This document shows positions 44,624-58,896 of a stretch of DNA of 64,000 nucleotides, piece by piece. Position numbers and translations under genes: made by a program. Source of the DNA: Moniliella sp. 'wahieum' (taxonomy: Eukaryota). The stretch spans positions 620,001 to 684,000 of the forward strand of contig RSEE01000027.1 in the NCBI GenBank assembly GCA_003971905.1, given 5' to 3'. A model generated the notes under the pieces. The model was not told the DNA's origin. It did no database searches and saw nothing but the letters and a program-made list of their open reading frames with translations. Positions within the stretch are counted from its first letter, which is position 1; each line of letters starts with the position of its first letter.

Positions 44624-45526
44624 GCAGCTACGTACCGCGGCGGCTGCGCCTCTGTCGTAGCATACGATACGTGCGCTGTATTGGTCCCACTTGGATTCCT
44701 CTCGAGGATCCTGCTTTCGTCTAGCCGCTCTGGCCTCTCTCCTCCCTCTCGTGCTCTCGTCTTCCTTTTCTTCGCCTTGTGTCGGCGGCTTGGTGCGTGT
44801 TGGATGTCCCGGTGACCGCGACGTGCGCTCTCGGCGTCGCACCTGCGCGCACCACCGCGTCTCGGATCTCATCTCAGCTAGCAACTTGCATTGTTCGAAC
44901 CCTACATCCTACAGGAACAGACGGTATGGTATTGTCGAACGATCACGCTGGTCATCCGCGCTGGGCACGTAATACTCGTATGTGGGATCTAAGGAAACTG
45001 GATAGGATGGCTGGTTGCCCGTTGGAGTTTGTCGGCCCCCGAACGTAACACTCTGCAGACAAGCGTATTGTTAGGGTAGTGGAAGGCAATGGAACCGGTC
45101 CACATCCTTCATCATTAAAACCCCGAGAGGAGGCATGCAGTGGTACCACGACCCGTTGTTCGCTCTTCTATATTCCCTTTTCTCTGTTTACTATAATTGA
45201 ACTAGTGTACTTGGGCACGGTGTCCAAAGGACGTTACGCGTTCTCGATTCTGGTCCGGCTGGACGTCAATCGTGACGTGGAAATCCTCCATGGCGCGAGT
45301 CCTACCTTGAGCTGCGCCTGAGTCTCCCGCCTTCCTAGCTGCCAGCTCCGTCAGACGAGCGATGCGCAGCTGAGGGGTATCTGAGATGCTAACGTCGGGT
45401 GCCGGGTCGACCGGCATGACGCGTGACCTGACGCGCAACTGCACCTTCCGTCGTCGTCGTCGTCGTCGTCTCGCCCCGGCCCAACATACGATCATTTCGA
45501 TCGTTGCACAGACACTTTCATGCCGT

Positions 45527-48308
45527 TCATGCCAGAAGAAAAGTATATATCAAACCAACATCTGGACTGCCCAGTGCTATAGGGGAATCTCGTCGCCCCC
45601 TCATGTCGTTGTCTCTGCGTCCGACCCCCTCCTGTGCTATGGCTGCGGTCCTCAGTTTGGATCGCACGGCGTCAGGGGCATTATTGGGGACCAACTTGCT
45701 CGCTACGAGACACCGAGACCAAGATCGAGACTGAGACGGAGACGGAGACGGAGAACAGAAGACCCAGCATATGGGCCTGTGGACTTTAGACGGCGAAAAA
45801 AGAAAAACAATCCGAAAACCCAGTACACTGTGCACCAATCACCTCTTTGCATTACTGCGCCGACGAGAACGGGAGCGGGCGCTGTGGGAGGGCGAGGGCA
45901 AGCTAGAGGACGACTGGGCGCGACGGGTGAGAGAGGCCAACTGCGCTGCGCGCTGCTCAAATCGGTCCGGGTCGCCCTGGACCGAAGCTAAGATGACGTG
46001 CAACTGGCTCCGGCGCAGGTCCGGTGCTTGATCCAAATACTGCACAAACAACATCTCAATCCGCTCCCGCGCTCGCGCCACGCTCATCTCCGGACCAAGC
46101 CAGTAGGGCAGGTGCACTTGGCTCAGACCATAGTCCTCCTTCAGACCACGAAGTTGACGACGAAACGCGGCTACGCCCGAGCTAGCGGCGGCGGGCGGCG
46201 GCCTTGCGCCGCTTCTCCCCCGCTTCCGAAGCGTGGCCGACAGTGCTGGCCGACGGCTTGGCTGCCCCCGAACTGATCCGCTTGCTCGGTTTCGCTGCCA
46301 CGCGCGGACGTGGGACAAGCACCTCGGGCGGAGGCGTGAGATCGGACGAGTCGGAATCATATTCGTACCCGGGCGGCGGCGAGGCAGCACGCCGTTTGGC
46401 CTTCTTGTTGCTCTTGTTGCTCTCCGCGTCGGCAGAAGCGCCCCAGAAGCGCTTCAACGTGGCCTGCTGCGACGGCACCGGGTAGGTCTCGGTGGGAACG
46501 GGGCCAGGTCGTTTTCTCAGGGATGAGGGCCGCGCTTTGGCTGGGGTGCGGCCGCAGCAGGGAGAGGATCGGCTGGCACGGGGGACCCTTCAAGAGAAAC
46601 GGAGTTGTCTGTTGGTCCCGGAAGGTGTACTTCCTCTTGGGTCTCATCCTGGGCTTCATCTCGGGTCTCCTCTGGGGCCTCATCTTGGGCTTCCTCTGGG
46701 GCCTCCTCTTGGGTTTCCTTTTGGACCTCCTCTTGGACTTCCTCTTGGACCTCCACTTGGGCTTCCTTTTGGACCTCCACTTGGACCTCCTCTTGAACCT
46801 CCTCTTGGGCTTCCTCTTGGGCTTCCTCTTGGCTTCCTCTTGGGCTTCCTCTTGGGCTTCCTCTTGGGCTTCCTCTTGCACTTTCAATGGCGCTTCCATC
46901 GACGCCTCCGCTTTGCTGCCCACCTCGGAAACAGGCATCAGATCTGTGCCATTGTCTACTTCCAACACTGAAGAAGTGTCCCGTGCCGAAACAAAGGAAG
47001 CTGTCGTGTTGAGATGCAAAGGATCCTGGGGGTCTCCTTCGACTTGCTGAATCGCCTCTTCCCGGCTTGTTTGGCCTTGAGTGGCTGCCACCTCCAGGGA
47101 CGCTTCCCTCTCTTCACTTATTTCAAGGCGGCGCAGCTTCTTGGCGAGAGCTATGTATGTCTCTGGTTCACGCTGATACTCGTCGCGCCACACTTGCGCC
47201 GAAGGGCCGTCTGGTTGCTGAGGCAAAGTCAGCCAACGTCTGGCTCAGAAAGAGAGAGAGGGGGGTACATACTGCGCGAGCCAACTCGTCAAAGAATTCA
47301 GTCGGCAGGAGGTTAATTTGTGACTCGGCCTCCTCTTCCTGCGCTTGACCATTCTGCAACCAGGAAGCAAAGAAGCAGACCATGAAGTCCCGCTGCTTGT
47401 CGTCCAAGGGAGAAGCTTCCTTTGCGGGCTCGAGCGGGTAGGCAGGGCAGCATTTTCGGTGACCTTGCTGATGGCATTCGCCTCCTGCGTGTGCTCAGAC
47501 AGCTCGTCCTCGTTCTCGGCCACCCGAACTTCCGGTTCACAGTGCGAAGGGTCACTCGCGTTGGCCTCGTGGGTACTAGCTTGGGGCTCCTGGTCTTGGT
47601 GGGGAGAAGGCAAGCTGGGGGAACGTTCCGATGGCTTTTGAACGGGGTTCTGAGTCGAAGTTGGGGCGGTACCCATCCCTTGGCCGGTCACGCTCACGTC
47701 CTTCCCTGCTGTCGAATTTGGGGTTTCAGACGAAGGCGGTGGCACGGCCGGGATAGGCTGCTGCACTGGCGCCTTCTCCGTCTTCGGCGGCAGCGTAGCC
47801 CCCTTCAGACCGCTGCCTTTCTTGGGATCTCGTTGGATGGACTCCGAATCCGACTCAAACTCTTGCTGTTCATAGTCACTTGGCCGTTCCGTCTCGTGGG
47901 TCGGCAAGGCAAGCGCCGGTGAGGCTTCCCGGACGGGACGGGGCGGAGCGGCAGAAGGGGTAGGCCGGGAATTGGGGACGGGCTGGTACGTCGCAGACGG
48001 GGCAGTATCGTGTCCCTTGGCGAGCTGGTGGTAGGAGCGCCAGGACCCGAGCGAGCCAAAGCGACGCAACTGGTCGGAGATGTAGGTCTGGTAAGACCAC
48101 GCAGTGTGGCGTGGGCAGATCTCGGCGAGGTGGCGAGCGACTTTGAGCCCTTTGAGGGAATCCTTGGTGTGCTCGAGGACAGTGATGATGGTATCAATGT
48201 CGTCGAGCGTGTAGGGCAGGCGGGAGGACACGTTGGACTGGCGCGGCGGCGGGCGGGGCGGGGGGGGGGCGGGGGCGGAATGGCGTCCCAGGGCAGGTGG
48301 CGTGGCAT
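45527..48308 (-). CDS. Rap1/TRF2IP-like Myb-domain protein (putative telomere-associated)
   Basis: LPYTLDDIDTII..GLKVARHLAEICPRHTAWSYQTY resembles the Rap1 Myb domain (..LA..PRHTWQSW). A second Myb-like stretch WTTxQRDFMV..EFFDELA..SAQVWRDEY, an intron ~47211-47271, acidic repeats and a helical C-terminus. Ends uncertain. Confidence 0.55.
46630..46880 (-). repeat. 12-bp coding tandem repeat (QEEA/QEEV)
   Basis: CTTCCTCTTGGG/CCTCCTCTTGGA units on the + strand, ~20 copies. Confidence 0.9.
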
Positions 48309-48554
48309 GGGGGTGGGTGGGCGTGGCGCAGCGCTGGCGCGGGGGCCAGGCAGATGGGGGTGGTGGAGGGGCGACGCGATGGCCTGGATTCGGATTCGGG
48401 GCTGCGCGAGCGCAGCTTTCCCACCCGACGCGTCGGAGGATGCAACTTGCAACTGCAACTTGCAACTTCCAATTGCAAGCAATGTTTCATGGCCGGGTGT
48501 GGCGGCCACTAATTACGGGTTTCGCGCCAGTCGGCTGGCTTGGCCGCCACCGCC

Positions 48555-49870
48555 ATGGTCGTCCGTGGGCGCGGCGCCTATACGCCCCACCTGCGCCCCC
48601 CGCCGCCGCATCAGCGAGTACCGCGCCCTCGCCGGCCTCCCCCGCTCTGCCGACGCACTTGAACTGCTCGTCCGCGTCGGCCAAGCCGTCGCGCCCCTGC
48701 TCGCCCGCCACTCCTGGCGCGTCCCCCTGCTGGCCGAGATGCGGCCGCAGGACCGCAACCTTCTCGGGCTCAACGTCAACAAGGGGCAGAAGATCTGTCT
48801 CCGGCTCCGTCCAGGCGCACATTCCGACCCTCTTGCTGAGGGTCTCGACACCTTTCTTGACTTTGACAGCCTCGTTCAAACCATGCTCCACGAACTCACC
48901 CACATCGTCCGCGGCCCCCACGACGATGTCTTTTGGTCCACTCTTCAGCGTCTGTCCGATGAGCACCACTCGCTTTCCCGCGCCGGTCCGGCTGCCTTGT
49001 CCTTCACTGAGCCTGGCCATCGCCTGGGCGCTTCCGGTGGTGCCCGCCTCGCTGGCACCACTCCCCGGCGCGAGGTATTGGCTGTTCGCCCTCCTGCTCT
49101 CGGGGCGGTCATGATCGCCTTGGTGGTGCTGGACTCCCGCGAGGCGCTCCCCCCTCTGCCGTGGCAGCAGCAGCAGCAGCTGCTGCACAGAGGCGTATCC
49201 AACAGGCCGGCTCTTGTCCTGATTCGGCTGCCGCGGCCCATGAGCTGGAACTAGCCGCAGAGCAAGACGAAGAGAAAAAATGGTGTGGAGACGATTGTTG
49301 TCTCCGACGCGGATTCCGATTCCGGTTGCGACTCCGACTCCGATCCTAAGGGGAACGAAGTGGTTGCAGAGGTACACCAACAACCTCCTCTCATCCCCCT
49401 CATCCCGAGAAGCCTTCAGCATCACAAGGGATGACAGTATTGTTTGTGTGGCGGGGCCCTCACGGGGACTAAACGGGATTATCCTTTCGCCGGCTCAGCC
49501 ATCGTGCTGGACAGTGGGAGTGAGGAGGAAGATGAAAATGAAAATGAAAATGACACTGTTCTTATCACGCGCCACATCCCGCCCCCACCCCTAGCCAATG
49601 GCTGGTCATGCGAAGCTTGTACGCTCCGCAATCGCTCGAAAGCGTTGCGTTGCGCCGTATGTGATGCGCCCCGGCCTCGATGGAATGTTTGGGCCACAGC
49701 GCCAGAGCCAAGTTGCTTCACGCCCCTGCACCGACCAAGCCCACGATTGGTGATCCCAAAGCGTGGCGGTGTTCCTGCGGATGGATTATGGCCCATGAGG
49801 AAGCACAACGGTGGATGTGCACGTCATGCGGGAAAATTCGAACGACGAGTTAATCGCCCCTAATGAATGA
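48555..49870 (+). CDS. WSS1: Wss1/WLM DNA-protein crosslink metalloprotease with RanBP2-type zinc finger(s)
   Basis: NLLGLNVNKGQKICLRLR, TMLHELTHIVRGPHDDVFW (HExxH), GHRLG (SHP-like), WSCEACTLRN..RCAVCDAPRP. End approximate. Confidence 0.92.
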
Positions 49871-50914
49871 AAACGGCAACCTCGTTCACTTCGTGATTCA
49901 GCTGGAGACTTGACGTTTGAGCTTGACCGCCAAGGGTCACGGCGACTCTCGATCGACCCAGCACCAGGCTGCCACATACCTTAATTTGCGTGAGGTCGCG
50001 GAGATCATACCTGGCAGCCGCCACACGAAAAGGACCACAACACTGTGCAGAGGAAAGCCCCCTATTGTCTGCTTTCTTTCTCTCACCCCTTCGGTCTTTT
50101 CTTTTGGCTTTGCTACATCGGATCGATGGGCTGCTGGTCCGCGGAGTAGGCCGTATGTGTGGTCGAAAACGGATGCCCCCCGGACATCCGCCTATGGAAG
50201 CCGAAGTGTGACAATCGCTCCGACACAGCAGGAAGTTGACTGTGGACTATACTGCTGACTCACCATGAGTACGTGGGTACTCATCTTTGGTATTTACCCA
50301 GCCCATTTATGTGACTGCTTCTTGGGACAGCATGGCCACATGGCCTTGCCACCTCACATGGCTTGAGGCACCCTCTGGTACTCCTCCTCTTCCCAAGATA
50401 GGTACGCTATGGACCGACATTGACGAAAGGAGGGAAGGTTGTGTGCCGCGTGGATGTTAATGAATGTGGCGCATCGATAATTGAGATCTGATAGCACGGA
50501 CCCCCGTTGTCTTCGGCCTTCCTCTTGTGATATGGGAGCTCTCACTGGCCTCTGCGCAGCGCAGTCTCGGCTTAGTCTGGGATGCAGGGGCGGAGCGCAA
50601 GCGTTGTCTTCCCTTGCTCTCAAAGCGGCACACATGGCGCAGACGCGTGGGAGGGCCCGCGAGGCGGTGGTGGTCCGAGGCGAGCTCCGAGCTCCGATAG
50701 CTCCGACCTGCGTCGGCGGTCTGTCAAGTGATTAACAAAGTCCGACCAACCGAGACCAAAGCGGCAGGCAGCAGATCAGCCATCAGCCACGCACGGGCCA
50801 CCAGCGCTTTAGAAGCCAGCTGGATTCGCGCTTTAAAAGCACCAGCCTGTCTGTACGTTGGCTACCGTCTTTGCCACCCCACCCCACCCGCCTTCGTATC
50901 CCCACTGCTTCGCC

Positions 50915-51660
50915 ATGTCTTCCACCCAGCTTCGCCCCGGGCGCCTGCAGCACGACGCACTCGGATCAGAGGCAGTACGCCAAGTTGGCCAAGTCGATCG
51001 ACTACCACGATGCCAAGCTGCTGTTTGAGTCCAAGGGGAAGGGCTACGACCCAGCCTACCTCGAGAAGATCTATTTTGCTAATACCGAGCAGCATGGTCT
51101 CATGCCCATCTCCATCTCGCGGTCGCAGGGCAAATTCCTCTACTTGCAGACCAAGCTCGTGCGCGCCAAGAAGGTGATTGAGGTGGGCATGCTGGGAGGA
51201 TACTCGACGCTGTGGATGGCCTATGCCCTACCCCCGACGGCAAGGTGACCGCCTTTGACATTGACCCCCACGCGGCCGAGGTGGCGCGGGCCAACTTTGT
51301 TGGCGCTGGTCAAGCGGTCAACAGCAAGATTGACATTGTGCTTGGCTCGGCAGTGGAGGAGCTGGCCAAATTGCCTACCCCCCAATCACGCGACGAGGAG
51401 GTCGACCTTGTCTTTATCGATGCCGACAAGCCTAATTACCCAGCGTATTACAAGGAAGCCAAGCGCCTCGCTCCTCATGGCCTCATCATCCTTGACAACA
51501 TGGTCCAGGCCGGCAGGGTGGCCGACGAGACCAACCTCAAGTAAAGGGCCAGAGGGAGGCACTGGACCTGATTGAAAACGATGCACAGGCCGAAGCGGTC
51601 ACGCTCCACTCCATCAACGATAAGAGCATCGATGGCTTTACTTTGGTCCTTCTCTCCTAA
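50915..51660 (+). CDS. SAM-dependent O-methyltransferase (Methyltransf_3, CCoAOMT/COMT-like)
   Basis: GLMPISISRSQGKFL, KKVIEVGMLGGYSTLWMA, DLVFIDADKPNYPAY, IILDNMVQAG, C-terminal KSIDGFTLVLLS*. Confidence 0.93.
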
Positions 51661-52798
51661 CCTCGGCGCCACTCCTAATCTGAAAACGTGTATTGACCCA
51701 CTACGGGTCCATCCAAGCCTACAACAATAACCTGACTGCCTGTATACTGCGCCCCACGCATCATCTCAAAATCGATATTCGTGACCTCGACGACCTAGGA
51801 CCATTTGCCCTTCTCTCTTCAACGATATAGCTTATTGATCGTAGCGATGTTCAAGCCGTTTCACAAACCCAAGGAGATGGGGGGCGCGATGGAAGTATAG
51901 CTCCCACGTATAGATTGAAGTTAGTACTAGTGCAGGTCATGCATGGTCCCTATGCGGCAATCGTACTACGCAGTAAGTTCCCTCGAAACGATTGACCGTC
52001 AGTGCTGGCCGCCATTCAGAGACGACACACCCACCCATTGAGAGAAAAAAAACTCACTGATGAAGGTCAGAAGTTAAGCTGAGCTCAACAGGTCCTAGCT
52101 GGGTGGCCGCCTTGATGGAAATGCGAATCGCTCCGCGCCTCGTCTCAAGTTTCTCCACCTCGATTGACAGCCAAAAGATCAGTGTGCTTCCCCCATCGCC
52201 TTTATGCACCTCCGACGATCGTTGGATTGGGCCAGTCGCTCACGCTGCTTTTCTTCCCCATCTTGTAAGCGAATTCACGAGAGATGGGGGGGCTAAGGAC
52301 GGTAATCTGGTCGACACCTGGGCGATGAAGGTGCACACTTCAGCACTGAACTATACGTGTCCCCCGGCCAAGAAAAGTGTCCTTGCTGGCACGAGAGTCT
52401 CGTATACGGGAAGAGCCACGGATCGGCCACCATCTATAGTCTGGCACCCGCTACCGTATTGAGCTGTGCACAAAACACATTATCCCAGAACGCGTTTCTC
52501 TTCTACCTCGGTATCGCGTTCTTGTCAAGTAAAGAGACAGGAAGGTGACAAGACTAACAGGGGGGGGGGGGGCACAGCCAGGGCCAAAGCTGTCGTGCAT
52601 TAGTAGCATCTAGCGAAGGGGCAGATTTTGGACACAACAAGGGCGTCGGCAGGAACAGGAGGAAAAAGAGAGACTCGTGGGGGGCTCGCCAGACTCAGAT
52701 GGGCCAAGTGGGAAATCACTTGGCCAAAAAGAGATTCAAGCGGGCAGAGGGGGAGGGGGGCATTTGGAAGGAAGGGCGACTTGAGGGAGACCAAAAGT

Positions 52799-53764
<966 letters not shown>

Positions 53765-54174
53765 TCAGGCTGAGCACGGACAGTCAGCGGTCAGCTGACC
53801 CGCAGCAGCCCAGCTCCCGGCCGCGTCAGCATGCCACATGCCATGCCTGTGGCATGTCCGTCTGTGCGCGCCAACCCTACCGTGGCAACCCTAGGGCGGG
53901 TGCGCAGGTGCCAGCACGTGCCAGCCTGCGGGCGGCTCGTGCGCCCCGCCCCGCCCCCAGCACCCAGCCCGTGTGCCGCGGCTGCCCACGCTTCGGACGA
54001 ACGCACACTATGCTAGGGTTGCGTGCTGCCATCGATCACCGACCATTGGTCATCGATCATCGACCATCGTCCATCGCCCATCGAGACTGTCGTCCATCTC
54101 CGGCCGTGCCAGCTGCCCGTTGCCGTCCCAACTAAATCTTGATCCTGCCAGGCGCACCCCCCACCACTCTCCTC

Positions 54175-54795
54175 ATGGCTGCCCGCACCGTCTTTTCCCA
54201 GGCTGCCCTCGGCGCCCGCCTTGCGCCCGCCTTCGCTGCCGCTGCGCGTCCCTCGGCCCTGCGCATCGCCACGCCTGCCCTGTCTGCACGCGCCCTCCAC
54301 AGCTCTCCCCGCGCGCTCGAGGTGGTCACGCGCTACACCAAGGAGCATGAGTGGATCGCCTACGACACCGAGTTGAACATCGGCACCATTGGCATCACGG
54401 ACCATGCCCAGAACACGCTGGGCGACACCACCTTCATTGACCTCCCTGGCCTGGGTATGGAGTTTGAGGCAGGTGGTACGTAGACTCTCGCTGGGGCTGA
54501 TGCTCCGCCGCCTGCGTGTCCCAAGCACAAAGTACTAACCCCGCCCCCCCTGCCTCCCACAGACTCGATTGGCGGTGTCGAGTCGGTCAAGGCCGCGTCC
54601 GACATTTACGCCCCCGTGTCGGGGATCGTCGAGGCAGTCAACGAGCAGCTGCAGGACAACCCTGGTTTGATCAACAAGTCTCCCGAAGACAAGGGCTGGC
54701 TGCTCAAGGTCCGCCTGGCCAACCCTGCCGAGGTGGAGACGTTGCTCAAGAAGGACACGTACGACACCCTGGTCCAGGAGGAGGCGGACGCCTAA
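54175..54795 (+). CDS. GCV3: Glycine cleavage system H protein, mitochondrial
   Basis: Presequence; YTKEHEWI..GTIGITDHAQNTLGD; intron 54476-54562; VESVKAASDIYAPVSG (lipoyl-Lys); INKSPEDKGW. Confidence 0.97.
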
Positions 54796-55719
54796 GTGAT
54801 GGTCGAGTGACTAGTGATGGCTCGGCCCGATGAGGCACAGAACCCCCCCCGTCCGATTGTCCACTTGTGCGTTCCTCCGCCCTTGCAGGCACGCGGGCTG
54901 TCCCTATTCTCGTCTGATTTGCTGAACAGGATGCTGTTCCCAGCTCATCACCTCAGGCCTCACCCCCTCTACTCCTTCCATGAACGTTGAACCTGCTTGT
55001 ACCCCGTTCCACCGGTCCTTTCATGCTCAGCCTCAGCTGAGTTGTGTTGCGTAGCTGCGGCGCCTTCCCACGCCCGCCTGTCATTTTCTGCAATGCAAGT
55101 CGACGATACTACTGTGGTGTGAGCTCGGGTGGTGGCGAGGGGGGCGATGCAGACGGAGCGGGGCGACATGCGACGCGATGAGATGACCCGAGATCTGAGA
55201 TGGGATGGCGCAGGGCACAAATTCGAGCGTGTGGAGTGGACAGGTGGGAGTGACCTGGGTGACTTGCTCAGAAACCTGGGTCGATTCAATTGAATCACGG
55301 AAGAGGGAATTTCGTGTCCCTAGTCCCTCTTGTCGAGGCAGAGGCGTGCCCGTGTGATGCATGTGACGTGAGCAAAAGTGACGTAGTTAAGGCACCGGGT
55401 AGCCGAGGGTACCCGGTATAGGCCTAAGGCTGGTAAGCGACACGCGGGGTGCTGGACCGCAGGCATCTGCACACAGACTAGGGTTGGCGCGCCGCACTGC
55501 GCCCGTGTGCGTCGGTCGGCGATGCTGGTCCGAAACTGGGATGCTGCCTGCTGTGGCTCCCTCCACTCGTGGCCGTGAGGTGACGGAAGTGGCTACTCAT
55601 ATTCGTCACTGGCTGGCCTGTCGCCAGGCGACTCTCGCCCGGCGGGAGCAGCAGCCATGCGGGCCACACGACCAGCCCAGCCCAGCGCGTCCCCACCACC
55701 TCTCTCCAGGCCAGGCCCC

Positions 55720-57215
55720 ATGTCGGCCGACTCTGCCTCGGCCAGCCCCGCTCGCGGCCGCCCACAATCCTCGGGCCCATCCAGCCGCGCGTCGCATGCC
55801 TCCCCCTCGCCCTCGGTCGAGCAGATGCAGCGCACCATGCCCCGCATGACCGACAGCACCACCGGTCCCGGCGGCCCCTCGTCGCTCAAGTTTGCCGCCC
55901 TCAGCGTCAACTCGTACCAGCTCGACAGCCCCCCCTTTATTGGCACCGCCGTTGGCTCCGATGGCGTCCTGCCCGACCCGCCTGCCTCCCAGCACCGCAC
56001 CTCCCCGCCCCATTCGCCCGGCACCACGCCATCTGTCCAGCCCCATCCCCACCCGCCTGCCCCGCCTGGCTCGGCCCCTGTGTCCTCCCTTTCGCCCCAC
56101 CTTCATCGCAACGCAGACGTGAGCGCGTTGAGCCTCGACGATCTTCACCGCCCCGAGTCGAGCGCCCATTGTACTCCAGCTTCCACAACGATGTCGACGG
56201 CCTGGAGGATTCCACGTCGGTCTTGACTGGCGAAGACGAGGTGGATGCCAACTTGGATCTGTCCCCGATTCGCGTGCCCATGCAGGCGCAGAGGAAATCC
56301 GACTACTGCTTCCCCAAGCATCGCTTGCCCCAGCGGATGCACGACGAGTCCAAGACCCCGCTTGTGATCGTCGCTTGCGGCTCCTTTTCTCCTCCTACCT
56401 ACCTTCATTTGCGCATCTTTGAGATGGCCAAGGACGCCATCCTCGAGTCGGGGGAATACGAACTTTTGGCAGGGTACTACTCGCCAGTTTCGGATCATTA
56501 CAAGAAGGCGGATTTGGCGCCCTCACGCACCGCGTCCGCATGTGCGAGCTCGCGGTGGAGAAGACTTCGACTTGGCTCATGGTGGATGCATGGGAATCGC
56601 TGCAAGATGAGTACCAACGCACTGCCGTCGTCCTGGATCATTTCGACGACTGTCTCAACAAATGTACCGAGGGCGGCATCCTCCTCTCCGATGGCACCCG
56701 CAAACCTGTACGAATCATGCTCTTGGCTGGAGGCGACTTGATCCAGAGCATGGGCGAACCGGGGGTCTGGGCCGAAGCCGATTTGCGTCACATCCTAGGC
56801 CGGTTCGGGTGCTTGATTGTCGAACGGACCGGCGCCGACGTTTCGTCCTTTCTCTTGTCTCACGACCTTCTTTGGGCCGAGCGGAACCACCTGTTGGTCA
56901 TCAAACAGACTATCGTACGTCTCTCTTTCTCTTTCTGTTTCTCTTCCCCTTTCCGGTGTTGGCTCATGTTTTTGAGCTTGGGCACTGACACGCCTGGCAT
57001 GCCAGTACAATGACATTTCCTCTAGTAAAGTACGCCTCTTTATCAAGCGAGGCATGAGCGTCAAGTACCTCTTGCCCAACTCGGTGATTAACTACATCAA
57101 TCAACACCGATTGTATCGTCTCCCGAGCCAGCCACAGAGCCTGCGCCTTGATTCGCCGAGATGCGCTGAACTGGTGCGCATGTTGTCTGTGGAACGCCCA
57201 CAGCGCAAGACGTAA
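55720..57215 (+). CDS. NMA1: Nicotinamide/nicotinate mononucleotide adenylyltransferase
   Basis: PLVIVACGSFSPPTYLHLRIFEMA, WLMVDAWESLQ, MLLAGGDLI, intron ~56915-57005, NDISSSKVRLFIKRGMSVKYLLP. Stop position uncertain. Confidence 0.96.
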
Positions 57216-57687
57216 AGTCGCGTTTGCGGCCCCTCGTTTCTCAACATGATGCGTAATGCCCCCCGCCTGTGCCCTCACCACCCCAGGAGACTTATTACCA
57301 TCTCTTCTAACGTCTTCCAACGCCTTTCAACGTACTGCATTCCCGCCTCTCTTCCCCCTCCCGCCATGCTCCCGCGATCAGCCCACTGGGCTGTCTTGTG
57401 TCTTTCGCGGAGCTGCCCGAGTTTGTTGAGTAGGTTCCCCTCGGCGTCCTCTATGTGTCATGCACATGCTCCCATGTGCGCCTCCGTCTAGTGCTTTGCG
57501 ATTCCCCGCACATTCGCCCTCGCTATGATACACCCTCACCCTGCCCAGCCCCACGTGGGCCGCCGACCTGGTTTCTCCTTAGTTTCGTGACCTGCAGCGT
57601 GACCTGCAGTGGCCGCGTGGGATGGATTCGTAGGTGCTGGAACCCTTGTCGGTCCGCCGACCCCTGGTTAGGTACTAGCTCCAGTTA

Positions 57688-58896
57688 CTAGTTGAGTGCC
57701 AAGACATGGGGGCTCGGGACGCCGGTCCAGCCGCGTTGGGCATAATCGGCAAACGCAATCACCTCGCCATCCACCACCTGTTGCACACTCTTGTACGGAT
57801 AAACGCCGAGGATGCGCTCTGCCTTGCTACCGTCCACGCGCGGTTGGATGATGCCCACGCCGCTACCATGCCGACCGGGGTGGATGCGCTGCTTCAGTTC
57901 GGCGGGCGCGACCGTAGAGGCGTGCACGGCATCGCTAAAGTCCTGCCAGGTCCAACTGTTGGCGTACGCAGGAATTCTGTCCCGAAAGAGTCAAGCACAA
58001 CGTCAGATCACGAACCCAACATTTCTCCCTTTGCAGAGGGGGAGGGGGAGGAGGAGGAAATAAGTATCAGAAAGACGACGTACCGTTGCCCGCCTGCTTC
58101 TGGCACCGAAAGCGCTTTGACATGCATCTCGGCCACGTCGCGTACATCCACATAGCCTCCTTTTGGATCCTGGTACTCCTCCACAGGCACCTTTCCCGCA
58201 AACAGCTCCCACTGGATGCGCAGGGAATAGTTGAGCGCTTCGGGCCCAGCACCGGCAAGCGCGTGAATGGGCGGACCAAAGATGTACGTGGGGCAGATGG
58301 TGACCAAGTCAAAGGGAGCCTGACTCGTTTCGACAAAGGCCCATGCCGCACGCTCGGCAAGCACCTTGGATGCATCGTACGCATGTTCCTTGCCCGTGCC
58401 GGTGGGGTCGGCTCGGTACAGCTGCAGTCCAGCCGTGTTCCAGTCCTCGGCGGTAAACACGGCGTTGGCAGCTGCGTCGGGTGCGGCCACAGCCGACGTG
58501 GACGAGGTAAGAACGACGCGCACGGCCGAATCGGCGGCGTGGGCACGGAGCGCACCAAGCACATTGGTCGTGCCTTGCACGCGGGCTCAATCAAGCCCTG
58601 GTCAGGATGGAGAGACGGAGGGCTATCGACCGGCGAGCCCGTGTGGATCACAGCCGCCACCCCTTGCACCGCCGTATCAAACCCGCCCACGCTCCGCAGA
58701 TCGTCCAACACCACATACTCAACCGGCCCGCGCCGTGCCGCGCGTAAATCTGCTCCAGGTACGCGCCCTTGGCCTCGGAACGCACAGTCGTCCGCACCCG
58801 GTACCCCGCCCGCAGCGCGTACTCGCACACCCACGCACCCACAAACCCGCTGCCCGAGGTAACGAGGATCAAGCTGTTGGGAGCAACGGGCGCCAT
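57688..58896 (-). CDS. NAD(P)-dependent epimerase/dehydratase-family reductase (Gre2/DFR-like)
   Basis: LILVTSGSGFVG, VIHTGSP, VVLTSS, YDASK, DLVTICPTYIFGP, YVDVRDVAEMH; intron near 57960-58080. Confidence 0.92.

Noticed and set aside
43112..44884. 590-aa antisense ORF over the lyase (and similar antisense ORFs over ADK1 and CYP51)
   Set aside because: Expected shadow ORFs from high GC3 codon bias.
50265..50284. ATGAGTAC-GTGG-GTACTCAT hairpin
   Set aside because: A single 8-bp stem is plausible by chance and has no supporting context.
58845..58870. TSGSGFVG variant of the Rossmann TGxxGxxG motif
   Set aside because: Single substitution within the variation seen in extended SDRs; the YxxxK motif is intact.
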